Source: Azolla caroliniana (lineage: Eukaryota; Plantae; Polypodiophyta). From it: 64,000 bases of DNA. The notes beneath the pieces were generated by a model that was not told where the DNA came from, searched no databases, and was given only the letters and a program-made list of their open reading frames with translations. Below, one piece after another: positions 26,201-37,553 of this stretch (the stretch's first letter is position 1; each line of letters opens with the position of its first letter). Both the position numbers and the translations under genes were made by a program. The DNA is taken from assembly GCA_043228905.1 (NCBI GenBank), contig JBHGNT010000007.1:2418001-2482000 (forward strand), written 5' to 3'.

Positions 26201-28051
26201 TATCTCTTCAGTTTCTCCATCCTTCAAACAGATATCGCTCTTCTGCCCTGATACTTCAGTTTGAGTTAATAATCCTGCTTCTGTGGCTTCTGGAGATTCA
26301 CTACATTGCATCACATGATCTTGGATCTCTGGACTTGTATTTTGTTCAGTAAGCTGCAATAAAGCCTCAGTACCCAGTTTCAAAGCTTTAATATCATGAC
26401 CATCATCCAAGTTCACGACATCGTTAAAATCACTAACATCCACTGATCCACCATTCTGACAATTGGCTGGAATAGTCACCTTTTTTTTGTCAAGACCTTC
26501 CCTTGATTCCTTGGAACTAATATTGATTTCTGTACCAGATATACTGTCTTCAACAGCCTCAACTTTAGGACATACACCCTTTTCCAGAGAAATTCTTCCA
26601 AAATCTGACCATGGAATATAACCTTTCTGCTTGTTATCCTTCCTTGCCCGCTTTAAGCGCCCATACACATTCGCTTCAAACTTCTCATAGCAATCAGTTG
26701 ACTTGACAATATTTTCTCTATTTATTTCAGGGTCCAATCCAGCTTTCCTAGCAGACGCTCTTGTCTTTCCAACCTGAATATTTTCTCTACCCTGTATTTC
26801 TTTTCTGCGTACTTGGTTTGGTTTTCTGGTAGCAGTTTTGCTATTTCCATCTTCCTCGGAGTCCACATCACATACTAGATCAGATGATTTGTCCTGTTCA
26901 ACTGTGAGATTTACATGCAACGTCAATGCTTCTTGTTCTTGTTCACTTGAGCTACTTCTCTGGGGCATTGATCTGGTCACCATAAAAGATTTTCCTACTG
27001 ATACGTCCACAGAACCCTTAACTTTTCCAGATTCAGCTGAACTAACACCCTGCTTTTCACCTGCATCATTACCACATGGCATTTCATAAGAAAAGAAGGC
27101 CCTAGTTTCAAATGTAAAGTTTTTCAGTTTCTATACGAAATAACAAGAAAATCTTTGAGTATTTCACAGAATCTAATTAATATCGTCCATCCAAAATTGA
27201 TGGCACAAAGCTTATAAAGAGTATCTGAAAAAATAGTCATGATAACCCTATCAATATAGGCATCACTATCCTAACAGATGACACCAACTTTAATCCAAGC
27301 ATCCATATTCAATATGTAGTCATCCACCGCAAGCCCTATTTCTAAACATAGCATTCACATGTGGGGATTCACTAAAAGTTAGTACCAAGATTATATATTA
27401 ATCCCTAATCTCCATGTACACACATGGTAGTATAACCGGACTACCATGGTCCTCACATCAGTATTGTAAGAGCATGAGAAATCGAGCTTCTTACAATAAC
27501 AACTATAATGCAAGATCATCATAATGTCATAATACCAGACTCTCGACTTACTTACCTTCAATATTAGATCTATTGGATCTGCTAAGTTTCGCTGCAAAAT
27601 GGTTCCTGAATTTCCTTGCATCTAACCTTTTCCTCTCATTCAATTTCTTCTGTTGCTGTGTCAGCTCTGATAACAGTTTCATTTTTGATGTTTCTTCTGG
27701 TAAAACCCGTGTATTTCCTGCATCTTCTGTAACCTTGTCATCAATGACAATTTTCCTCTTGGAGAAATTGAGACTTCCTTTTCTTGCTATGTTCGATGAT
27801 CGTGTCTTTATGAGAGCAGAATCACATTCATCCTCTCCTCCTTCGGCATTTTCTTCTTCACCTGAAACCTCTGCTGAATCCAATGTCTTACTTAAGTTAA
27901 CTGGTGTTGGCTCAACAGACTTCGGCAATATTTCATCCCTACTGCTTCCTTTCGAGCTCTCCACATTCACATCTTCATCCTCATCATCCCTCCAACCGTG
28001 CAGAAAATACACATTTCCAGCAGAATCCTCTGCCTCAGGCTGCCGAGCCAT
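9645..28051 (-). CDS. MOM1: MOM1-like (Morpheus' molecule 1) CHD3-derived silencing factor, 16 coding exons, ~2402 aa
   Basis: Manually spliced model, all introns GT-AG and phase-consistent: 28051-27556, 27060-26160, 24389-24234, 24158-23920, 23834-23698, 22474-22196, 21425-21267, 20127-19867, 19334-19194, 19116-18802, 17088-16918, 14294-13128, 12921-12820, 12731-11262, 11161-10957, 10654-9645 (7209 nt). Domains: PHD ([27 protein letters not shown]), two chromodomains (YFVKYRG; [16 protein letters not shown]), SNF2 lobes ([35 protein letters not shown]), CMM1 ([20 protein letters not shown]), CMM2 ([24 protein letters not shown]) and terminal VICLSDDD. The start codon is the least certain part. 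Confidence 0.9.
11575..11812 (-). repeat. Coding hexanucleotide repeat (CAACCT)n encoding a Pro-Gln tract in MOM1 exon 14
   Basis: The plus strand reads (TTGAGG)n, and the in-frame translation is [22 protein letters not shown]. Confidence 0.9.
14724..14796. repeat. Compound (TA)n(TATG)n microsatellite in MOM1 intron 11
   Basis: Directly visible. Confidence 0.95.
17556..18193. mobile_element. Solo LTR (638 bp) in MOM1 intron 10
   Basis: Begins TGTTAGA and ends TCTAACA (perfect 7-bp terminal inverted repeat). Flanked by CTTTT/CTTTC (4/5 TSD). No internal coding sequence. Confidence 0.7.
25642..25872. repeat. Old tandem duplication (~120-bp unit x2) in MOM1 intron 2
   Basis: Both units run ACAATTGTGAT...AAACTAGA(C/T)TCAG...TAGAATCA...GGGC(T/C)CAAGCAC. 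Confidence 0.7.
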
Positions 28052-29392
28052 GGTTTCTATTTGGGCAAGCAAACTGTGTGAGTTTCTCACAACTAGAAAT
28101 GACGAAGTATAGTTCTAGTTCAAATTAATCACAATTCCATTTTCTCGGCAATCTTTGATCAATGGAAGTAAAATCATTTGAATAACAGAAGAAACAGAAA
28201 TGGTTCTGAACACTCAAGGAAATGAAGCAAAACGAAATGCAATGCTGCAAGAGGGAACCTGGCGCACTGAAGGATCCCCAGAAATCCTAAATATTGCAGA
28301 GCATATAACAATTTCTTCAGGGTAAATCTTTCTCTGGCACAGCTTCTGGCAAGAAAACGTCAGGAGTACGAGAAAAATACGTTGAGGATTTCTGTGGGAA
28401 TATCTGGCTATGGATATCAAGGTTTTAATTTGTATCCAGTGAAAAAGCTGTCGAAAATCCTGCTCTGATGTGGCTTAATCATACTCCTGGCAGCCCGAAG
28501 ATTTTGAGCTAGGTTTCGTCCAATCAGGATATAAATCATGAAGGCTTCTTACAGAAAAGAAAAAAAAACCTTCCTTTACTCCTGTTAGTGTCAGGAATGT
28601 AATAATTTGTGCTAGCAAGTACGGCTGTGGGGAGCAAACGCAGGATTTGTACTCAGTGAATGGAACAGAAAAACAAACTTCAATCTTATCTGGTGCGTTT
28701 TCTTTCCACCAGAAAGCAGAAACACAAGCAATTCTTTGAATAAGTGAGCCTGAGGCGAGAGGACCTATAATTGTCTTTTCCAGAAAAACCTGTATATATG
28801 TCTCCTTTCATCCCTCTTATTTCGGTTTCAGGAATGTCAAGGAATTACGTGAGCAAATCTCCCAATGGCAAACAGACCTTTGAATCGTACATTCCAGAAA
28901 AACCTGCAAAAGCATCTTCGTTTCCTCTTCCTTTCTTCTTTTTTCTCCAGAAATTTTTAATTTAACTCTGCTAGGACATCTGGCTATGGCAGAAAAGACC
29001 TTTGATAGTCTTGCCAGATAAATATCATCCGTCCTTCTTATTGCGTTCTTTTTATTTTCTTCTTTTTCTTTCTTTCTTCTGTCTGTTGCAAGGATGTATT
29101 AAGGAACTCTGTGAACAAATCAAGCTATGGAGAGCAACGAAAAACCTGTACAAAACGTCTCTCTGCTTTCTTTCTATGCTTTCTTCTGCTTCACAGATGC
29201 TTCACGGAGATTCTCTGAGAAAGTCTGGCGATGGCGATGGCCGTAGTGGTTGCTGTGGAAAATCATGCAGGCACCATGGATCAATCGATCGTCCGTCCGC
29301 CCGCCCGCCTTCGCACAGAGAATGACCAAAACAAATTTATAAATATGGCCATGTGAGGTGATGCATCCATGTGCACAGAGATTACATACATC

Positions 29393-29900
29393 ATGTATGT
29401 ATGTATGTATACATATATGTGTTGTATGTATGTATGTATGTATGCATGCATGTATATATGTGTTGTATGTATGTATGTATGTATGTATGTATGTATGTAT
29501 GTATGTATGTATGTATGTATGTATGTATGTATGTATGTGCGTGCATGTGCGGTGAATATGATGTATGTATAAGTATGGTTACGTTATGTTATGTTATGTT
29601 GTGTTATGTTATGTTATGTTATGTTATGTTATGTTATGTTATGTTATGTTATGTTATGTTATGTTATGTTATGTTATGTTATGTTATGTTATGTTATGTT
29701 ATGTTATGTTATGTTATGTTATGTTATGTTATGTTATGTATGTATCCATGTATGTATGTATGTATGTATGTATGATGTAGGTACATGTATATACATATGT
29801 ACACATGCATGCATGTATGTATGTATGTATGTATGCGTGTATTGCATATGATGTATGTACATGTATGTTTATGTTTATGTTTATGTATGTATACATATGT
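29393..29900. repeat. Large compound microsatellite (TATG)n-(GTTAT)n-(TATG)n
   Basis: Pure (TATG)n at ~29467-29537 and ~30 units of GTTAT at ~29583-29737, with degenerate TATG on both sides. Confidence 0.95.
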
Positions 29901-30135
29901 GTAGCGAGATACATACATGCTCCTTCTCTTGCTTTTCTTTGAGAGAGTGGGAAAATTGAGAGGTTTGTATGTATTAATTAGAGGCTAAAGACTCGTATAA
30001 TTTTTATTTTATCGTTTAAGGATATCCATTCATTAGTATAAACAAATATACTTACAGTGTAATTTAGTATAGTCAGATATACTTAGATTGTAATTATCAA
30101 GACTGATTGATGGCAAGGGGAACAACCCATCTTGG

Positions 30136-30731
30136 GAATGCATTGAGTCTCAATAGATATGGCAACGACTCCTTAGAGTTTTCGCTAATTATTTTCCCCC
30201 ATTGGTTTTCACTTGGGGCATGGTGGTTTGGACATCACTTGTCCGTGATGCGTTCCATTATGACAATGAATCTATGGACCATGGGTTTTACACTAAATAT
30301 GGAAGTCTTCATACATTACCACTGCTATCATTACAATTTTCAAGAGTAAGGAAGGAAGTCCAGCCAGTATGGGAGATACTGAGTAATACCATTGTATATC
30401 ACATTTGGAAGGCTTGGTGCTCTCTCGTTTTTCATCAACTCGAAACACCACCAAGTGAAGTGGTTTCAAACATTTGGTTGGAGATAGTTCATACTTTGAA
30501 GGGTCAATGGGATGGTATAGTTGGAGATTCTAAGGCTAAAATTGGTCAACGGAATGAGTTTCTTATTATCTGGACAACGACTCCATTCATGACATCCAAT
30601 TACGACACTCCTTATTGGCATTTTCAGCCACCGAAATGGTTGTTTCCCCCGCCGATCACATTGAGGTTTTAAAATCTTGTAAATTGGTTATACTAATGAC
30701 AAGATATCTTTATATAACAAATAAATAAATA
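30136..30731 (+). mobile_element. 5'-truncated LINE (ORF2 C-terminus and 3' UTR) with 12-bp TSD
   Basis: ORF 30202-30672 contains IVYHIWKAWCSLVF..IWLEIVHTLKGQWDG. It has a (TAAA)n tail, and AACCCATCTTGG is repeated exactly at 30124-30135 and 30732-30743. Confidence 0.88.
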
Positions 30732-31679
30732 AACCCATCTTGGTGGTTGAGCATGCCAAAAACGGCCATGATATTTTAAAGACAAAAAATGGATAAGTTT
30801 GACATCTATTATTTAGATAAAAATCTTTTTACGCCTTCGGCTTCCATGGCCAATAATCCAACCAACCCCCACCCAGACCCTTTTTCTTCCCATGAGCCTT
30901 CTTTCCCTACGTCAGACTCTAGTTTCCCTTCGTTGCACTTCAATTAGTTTTTGAGCTCTCAAGGTGACACAAGTTATGGCATGTATGTGTAACACCTTCA
31001 TATGTGAGGCACAATCTTGGGGACAAATGCAAATCCATAGGCCATGGAAAGATGAGTTACTCTGGCAAATCATGTTGTTGGAAACATTTGGGATGTTATC
31101 ACTTGTGGATATACAAATATGTGAGCTGCAAAGGCATCACACTCACATTTTGTGTTGGCCTTTTCGACACGCAACTTCTAATGCCTTTAGGATCTTGATT
31201 GAGATCCCAAAATCATTGTCTTTGACTTATATATGGTAGTTTTCTTTTCGTAACTAATATAACTCTATTGATGAACACATGAAAACAACATGTTGTAACA
31301 ATCATTCTTTTAAGTTCATGTTGACTTCGTCCATTATTCCTTTAACTTATTGCCTTAATAATATTATGTGTCGATTATTGACTTATATTTTGTGAGCGCA
31401 CACATACACTATCACGATGAACATCAGAAGACCTATCTAGAGGATATACATCTATCGTGATCAAGGGATGGTTGAAAGGTTAGATGAGCATTGAGAAGGA
31501 GATAAAATTCATGCAAGATTAATCAATGGACTAAATTTGACAAGCTGGCTCAAGAGTGGCAAGTGACAATAAGCAACGGAAATATAGAGGAGATAAGGTT
31601 ACAATGACATATGACGAATTGTTTAGATTGCAAATAAATTTTTTAACATTACATGTGTGTGAGCATGAAGTTGTATTTT

Positions 31680-31980
31680 CTTCTAATATTAGAGAGCCTA
31701 CATGTCACGTGACCTCGTGTTTGTTTCTAAAATTAGAGAGCCTATGTCTGAGCACGAGCTTTGCTTTTATCCTAAAATTAGAGAACCATATTATGTGACC
31801 CTGAACTCTAATTGTTTTCCTAAAAATAGAGAATCTATGGATGAGTAAGTAGGAACTCGATTTGTTCTTCTCGGAAATACAAAACCATGTGCAATCATGA
31901 ACTATGTTTTTTCGTCATAAGAGAACTATTGTAAATATGCATATGGTTTTCTTTTTCCGAATTTACAAATCCTATGCACG
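31680..31980. repeat. Degenerate ~45-50 bp minisatellite, about 6 units
   Basis: Recurring core (T/C)CTAAAATTAGAGA(G/A)CC at ~31682, 31725, 31771 and 31819, decaying rightwards. Confidence 0.65.
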
Positions 31981-32129
31981 AAAACCAATTTCAACGAGCG
32001 TTGAGTTTTTCCCTCCATACACTTTTTCGTTGCCTCTTCCACTCAAGGATTTATGCAACCCAAATGAGTTTCGAAAATGATCAAAACTACGTCCTCCAAA
32101 TCCTCACATAACATTTTAACCCCTTTCTT

Positions 32130-32828
32130 TCTTTCTTTCTTTTTGACAAAAAGATACACCCTCGTATTATAAAATCATAAGAAATACAAATGTTGTGTTG
32201 GATATACCAACCGATTCCCTTGTACTCTCAACATGGCCGATTTGATGTGTATATACAATAACCACACATAGTTTTTTGTACATTGATGTCAATATTCCTT
32301 GCTTTCTCCAAGCCCTGAGCTTGGGTTCATGACCCTTGATTTGTGAACTCCAGTTCCCCTTGATATATGCAATATGGGCAGAAATTTCATTGCATGTTCA
32401 TAGGTTGCAAATTTAGGTTCCCTCATATACAACCACCATCGATATACAAATCCATGTTAATCTCATCAGTAAATATATCCATGACATGTTCATTGATATA
32501 GATATTAATGCTATGTTCATGTTTATGTGTTGATAAAACCCACCAAATCTATCAACTCATCCATGATCAATATAGGCATCCATAATATGCTCATTGGCAT
32601 AGACATCCATGGCATGTTCATATTTTTGCATTGTCCAAGAATCATGTTTTTGATTTTTTTTCATCCTCTAACATACCAAAACTTCCAAATATATCAGCCA
32701 TGAGAACATATGCCGCCACACCATTATTATCTAGTTGTATGGCTTGATCAAAACAAAATCTCCCAAGCTTCATATTTCCCCATTTCCTACAAGCACCCAA
32801 TAGTGAAATCCATATGGTTGAATACAAG
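32130..32828 (-). pseudogene. PLS-class PPR gene fragment (E domain), probable 5'-truncated retrocopy
   Basis: ORF 32642-32827 reads IWISLLGACRKWGNMKLGRFCFDQAIQLDNNGVAAYVLMADIF, typical of the PPR E1/E2 motif. There are no upstream PPR repeats. An A-rich tail lies on the minus strand at ~32130-32144, and the 10-bp direct repeat CCCCTTTCTT occurs at 32120-32129 and 32829-32838. Confidence 0.75.
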
Positions 32829-33094
32829 CCCCTTTCTTACAAGCATAAATGTCTTTATTAATTTAGGTTACTAATTTGAATTGCCCTTATTATCACTACC
32901 ATTGCATTGGGATGTCCAAAATAATGGTTATTGAAGTGCATATGCAATTGATGTCCATGTAACACCCATATTTATTCTCTTTAACAACTTTCGTCTAATC
33001 AATTGCAATGGGAATCTCAAATGGGAGCATCAACATCTCACTCCCATTTATTCTCTTGGAATATTTTTTGTTGCAATTTAATCTCTTCTATATC

Positions 33095-33430
33095 ATTACT
33101 TTAAGAATGAGTTGATTAAGGTTAAGCGCTCATTAGCCAAACATTAATCACCATTCTTTCTTAAGTCTAGAAAGGATAGTGATTGAGTCTAGATCCCCTT
33201 TCTTATAGTCTAAAATAGAGTGTTCATTCTCTTCTCTCCCCTTACTTACTTTAAGAGTGAAAATGTAAGGTTAAGCATTCATTAGCCAAACCTTTAATCA
33301 CTTTCCTTACGTAAGTTTAGAAATAAGAGTGATTAAGTCTAGAGCCCCTTTCTTATAATGAAACTAGAAAATTCATTATCTTCTCTTCGTTTACTCGCTT
33401 TAAGAGTTAGTGATTACCATTAAGCACTCT
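33095..33430. repeat. Tandem repeat, ~150-bp unit x ~2.3, with a further partial unit at ~35578-35668
   Basis: The units share TTACTTTAAGA..TAAGGTTAAGC..TCATTAGCCAAAC..AGTCTAGA.CCCCTTTCTTATA..TTCATT.TCTTCTCT. Confidence 0.8.
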
Positions 33431-36166
33431 TGTATGTAGTGTGTGTAAGGTCAACAAGCTAGTCCATCCACCATAAACATCTATTCACATAGTGAGTGAC
33501 CTAGGCGTAGGTCAATGCCTACCTATGAGCTAAACCATTTCTAAATCCCTCGACCAAGGTCCACCCACCACCACAAGGTCCCCATGAAGAGTCACCTAGG
33601 CTAAACAACTCCCAAGGTATTCAACCACAATAGTTTCAATAGCCACCATTTTCTTTCGGTGACTTAATGGCCCTTGTGATTGGTTCCCCTCAAAAACACC
33701 CTCACACGAGTCCAAGTTTTCCTTATGTCTGCTATTCATGCTAACTTCTACCCATGGATGTACAATGTATAGGGTTGTGTACATATATCATTTTTGTTGC
33801 GTATACTAGGTTGTATATCACTTAAGTTTTCTACCTCGACCTTTGAATATATCCCTTTATACATAGTATGTATAGATAGTATTGGGTAAACATTTTTTTC
33901 GATCCTTATTGCCACTCCTCAATTTCACATCTTTAGCTCTCTTGTTGCACTCACATCTCCTATAAACTCTCCTTCTATCTCCACCTCCATCCCCATCTTC
34001 AATTCCATCTTCCTCTTCATCTCCACCACTACATGCATCTCCATCTAAGAGAACATAAGCACCAGACACACCCCTCTAAGTAATGAACACCCACAACAAG
34101 GGCTCACGAATGTCACTTATGGTTTGAAACCCAAAACTCGAGTTACAAATATAACAAATGGGTCAAGTTAGTGTATAAGCACCCCTAGAATGAGTGTATG
34201 ATGAGACTATATGTAGACAACCAGAGAAAAGATATCGTCCACCAAAATTCTAGAGGAGAGCTCTCAACTCACAAACTAAATAGACAAAGAACAACACCCA
34301 AGCAACACAAACCTCTTACACACCCCTACCCTATTTTCTTTGCATCACTCCCTAACCATCATAAAATATCCTTATGTAAAGTAGAGTCACTCATTAGTCC
34401 TAATCATACAAATATAAATATCAATCTTGGTAATAATAAGTCTATTTTTAAATATACTAAATGTTGTACTCCTACTACTAATAATCATACTCCCTATACT
34501 ACTACCTACCCATAATCATATTAGACATATCTTGTCATAAATACACGACTCATAAATCCATAACTAAGCATATCATTCACTTATTTTTTTTAAATATCTT
34601 TGTTGTTTTGGATATCGGTTCAATGACCACCCGGTCTACTAAGATTCCCGAACCACCGCCAGTTGGAACCATGTTCACTACCTTCTCCCTCCGTGTTGGT
34701 CTTGGCCTAACTACCTTAACTCCATGAGGTTGTAGCCAACCCTCTTTTTTCATTGGCCAAGCTTATCATGTTTGTGTGACCATGAATGTAGTGAAGATAA
34801 GAGGCTCTGTGCCAAAATGGACTCCATCAACACCTTTAATGTGATCATTGACAATGACTCACATGCAACTCCTCATTTCTTGACATTGCACCAACTTGTC
34901 ATTTGCATATGACACTCCACACTTCCAAACATCTTACCACCTCAGTGGGAGCCTCGCCTTCGTCCTTAGTAAGTGCCCTTTAACATCCCAAGATCGGTGT
35001 TTAGACACAACTAACCATCGACCCTCATTATACCAATAAGACTTCGAGGTGACATAACCCTCCACAATCACCACACACATATCAGACACCCAATCTTCCT
35101 CCCTCCCTCCTCCACATTAAACACATATAGTGCTCCTTGTTGCCTAATCAATGTGTCTCCCTTTCCCTCACCCATATTTTCACTAAATTACCCACCACCC
35201 ACCTCTACCTCTCCCACAAACCAATTCTCAACAATCTTCCCTCTTCCTCCACACTTGAAAACCTTGTTTCTTCTTCCTTTCCTCTAAAACCTTATCCATC
35301 CATGTGGTCAACATTTAAGTATAATGGAACTAGGAGTGGGCACTCATTAGGTTGGGGAGGATGTTAAATGTTCGTCATACATTGCATGACCTATGAATAT
35401 ATGTGCATCCACATGGGTACTACACTAAGGGCAATACTAAGAAATGGGGGCAATATAACATATTTTTTCATAAAGTTTTATGCCAAATGGCCAGTCTAAT
35501 GTGAAGGGGACAATTGTAAAAAAAAGCTATAAAAGTCACCTTTTCCAACTTTTTAGTTTCTTTTTCGGCAAACATAACTCTAGAGTCCCTTTCCTATCGT
35601 CTAATCTAGATTGTTCATTCTCTTCTTTTCCCTTAATTAAAACATGAGTGATTACGATTAAGTATTCAACTCAATCGAGGTGCGATTATCGTTTTATTAT
35701 TGACTTCATCTTACGAATAGTAATGTTTGACATATTTAACATAGTGTTTAACTCAGTTGACGCGTTGTGGTGATGTTTTCGACACATAGTTTTAAACTAC
35801 CCTAGATAGGAAATAAAATAGTAGTTCAAATAAACCAAACGTGCCACAAAGATGAACTCATGCAAGGTACATCGATATTGTGAAGTCAATTTTGTTCATG
35901 AGAAAATACGTTGTAAATACTAAATACATTGGATGCAAAGATGTCTAAGAATAAAGCGGGATATGAAAGATTCAAAGAACGAAGGAACTTGAAGGGATAT
36001 AAAGTTAGAAACATTTTTTAAAAGCAGAAAAAAGTAGAATAAAAGTAGGAAAAAAAAACCAAGACGTGGATATGACAATCTAGGTAGTGAAAAAAGCTCA
36101 TAACTTTTTCATCCGATATCCAAATTTCGAAAGAAAATGTTCATAAAAAAGGTAACAACTAGAGAT

Positions 36167-36591
36167 TAACAATCGGCAACGGTTCGGAACCGAACCGCTG
36201 CTTAACAGTTTCAACGGTTCAGTTTGGTTTTAACAACCAAAAATCGTGGTTTGAACGGTTTAACGCTTTTTTATTTTTTATAAAAAAAATTTGTAATTTT
36301 AAAAAAATTTTGTTTTTAAACAATCTTTTCATTTTTAGACCATATTCTCACATTTTAGGAATATCTTAAATATTGTAAAAATTTTAAATAATAAAATATT
36401 ATAAATTTTAAAAAATTAAAATTTTGATTTATGTTGAAAACCGAAACCGAACCACGAAACCACGGTTTTTACGGTTTGAAAAATGTTTAACGGTTCGGTT
36501 TAACGGTTTTGTGGTTTGGTTCAGGTTTCAAAAAATTTAAACGGTTCGGTTTGGACTCTCTCGAACCGAACCGAACCGTTGCCGATTGTTA
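36167..36591. mobile_element. Non-autonomous hAT-type element (MITE), 425 bp
   Basis: Perfect 21-bp TIR TAACAATCGGCAACGGTTCGG / CCGAACCGTTGCCGATTGTTA and perfect 8-bp TSD CTAGAGAT (36159-36166, 36592-36599). Many subterminal AACCG/CGGTT motifs surround an AT-rich core. Confidence 0.93.
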
Positions 36592-37065
36592 CTAGAGATT
36601 TCCAAAAATGTACTGTTGCTAAATTTGAGATTACAAAGGAGAAATAGTGATATAAAAAAAATGCCTTACATAGACTCAAATAATTTTTTAAGAAGAAAAA
36701 AAACGCAACCAAAAAGTTACCTATAAATAAGAGCATATTCTTTACCAAAAGGAAGAGAGGGGAATAGGATGTGTGAGCTCCTTGGTTTTGAATGAGGGAA
36801 GAGCTAGAAGAGGAATCTCAATCAAGAGAACATGAGATATCAACATCGAGAAGAGGCAATGAAGTCGCCGATCGTTGGGTCTATTCACCAAACTCAAGGA
36901 TCTCCCCTCTTTTGTCCCACTCAATTCTTTACTCCATTTTCTTTCCCTTATATTTGCGAACTATCTCTCTTATAAACAAGAATCCATTGTAACTTGAAAA
37001 AACTTATATTTATAAAGGGTGCTCTTGCTTTGTGATCAAGTGTTGTTTCTTTTAGCCAACGTTAT

Positions 37066-37553
37066 TCATATCTTGTGTGGAAGCCTTCCCCTCGTGTGTT
37101 TGTTTGTCTTGTGACTTGGGGAGCGATTCAAGCTTGCCCATGCTCCTTCCTTTTCACAAAGGTGTTCAAACAATCATATCTTGTGTGTAAGCATCCCCCT
37201 CGTGTGTTTATTTGTATTGTGACTTGGGGAGCAATTCGGGCTTGCCCATGATCCTCTCTTTTTTACAAAGGCATTCGAACATCCATATCTTATGTGTAAG
37301 CCTTCCTCTTGTGTGTTCGTTTGTCTTGTGACTTGGGGAGCGATTTGAGTTTGCCCAAGCTTCTCCCCTTTTCACAAGGCATTCAAACAACCATATCTTG
37401 TGTGTAAACCTCCCTCTCGCATGTTCATTTGTCTTGTGACTTGGGGTTGATTTAGGCTTGCCAATGCACCTCTCCTTTTCACAAAGACGTTTGAACATTC
37501 ATGCCTTGTGTGCGAGCCTTCCTCTCGTGTGTATGTTCATCTTGTGACTTGGG
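37066..37553. repeat. Minisatellite, ~109-bp unit x ~4.5
   Basis: The unit ATCTTGTGTG.AAGCCTTCC.CTCGTGTGTT..TTTGTCTTGTGACTTGGGGAGCGATT..GCTTGCCCA..CCTTTTCACAA recurs at ~109-bp spacing. Confidence 0.92.

Noticed and set aside
9645-28051. Calling the gene PICKLE/CHD3
   Set aside because: The ATPase motifs are degenerate, and the C-terminus has MOM1 CMM1, CMM2 and SIM rather than a recognisable CHD DNA-binding domain.
26156-28090. ORFs 26156-27082 and 27548-28090 as separate genes
   Set aside because: Phase-compatible splice sites join them to the PHD exons, so they are exons 1-2 of the MOM1-like gene.
29358-29918. MYVC/YVMLC-repeat ORFs
   Set aside because: They are translations of TATG and GTTAT microsatellites.
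31680-37553. CRISPR interpretation of the periodic arrays
   Set aside because: The context is eukaryotic, the repeats are not identical, the spacers are related to each other, and there are no cas genes.
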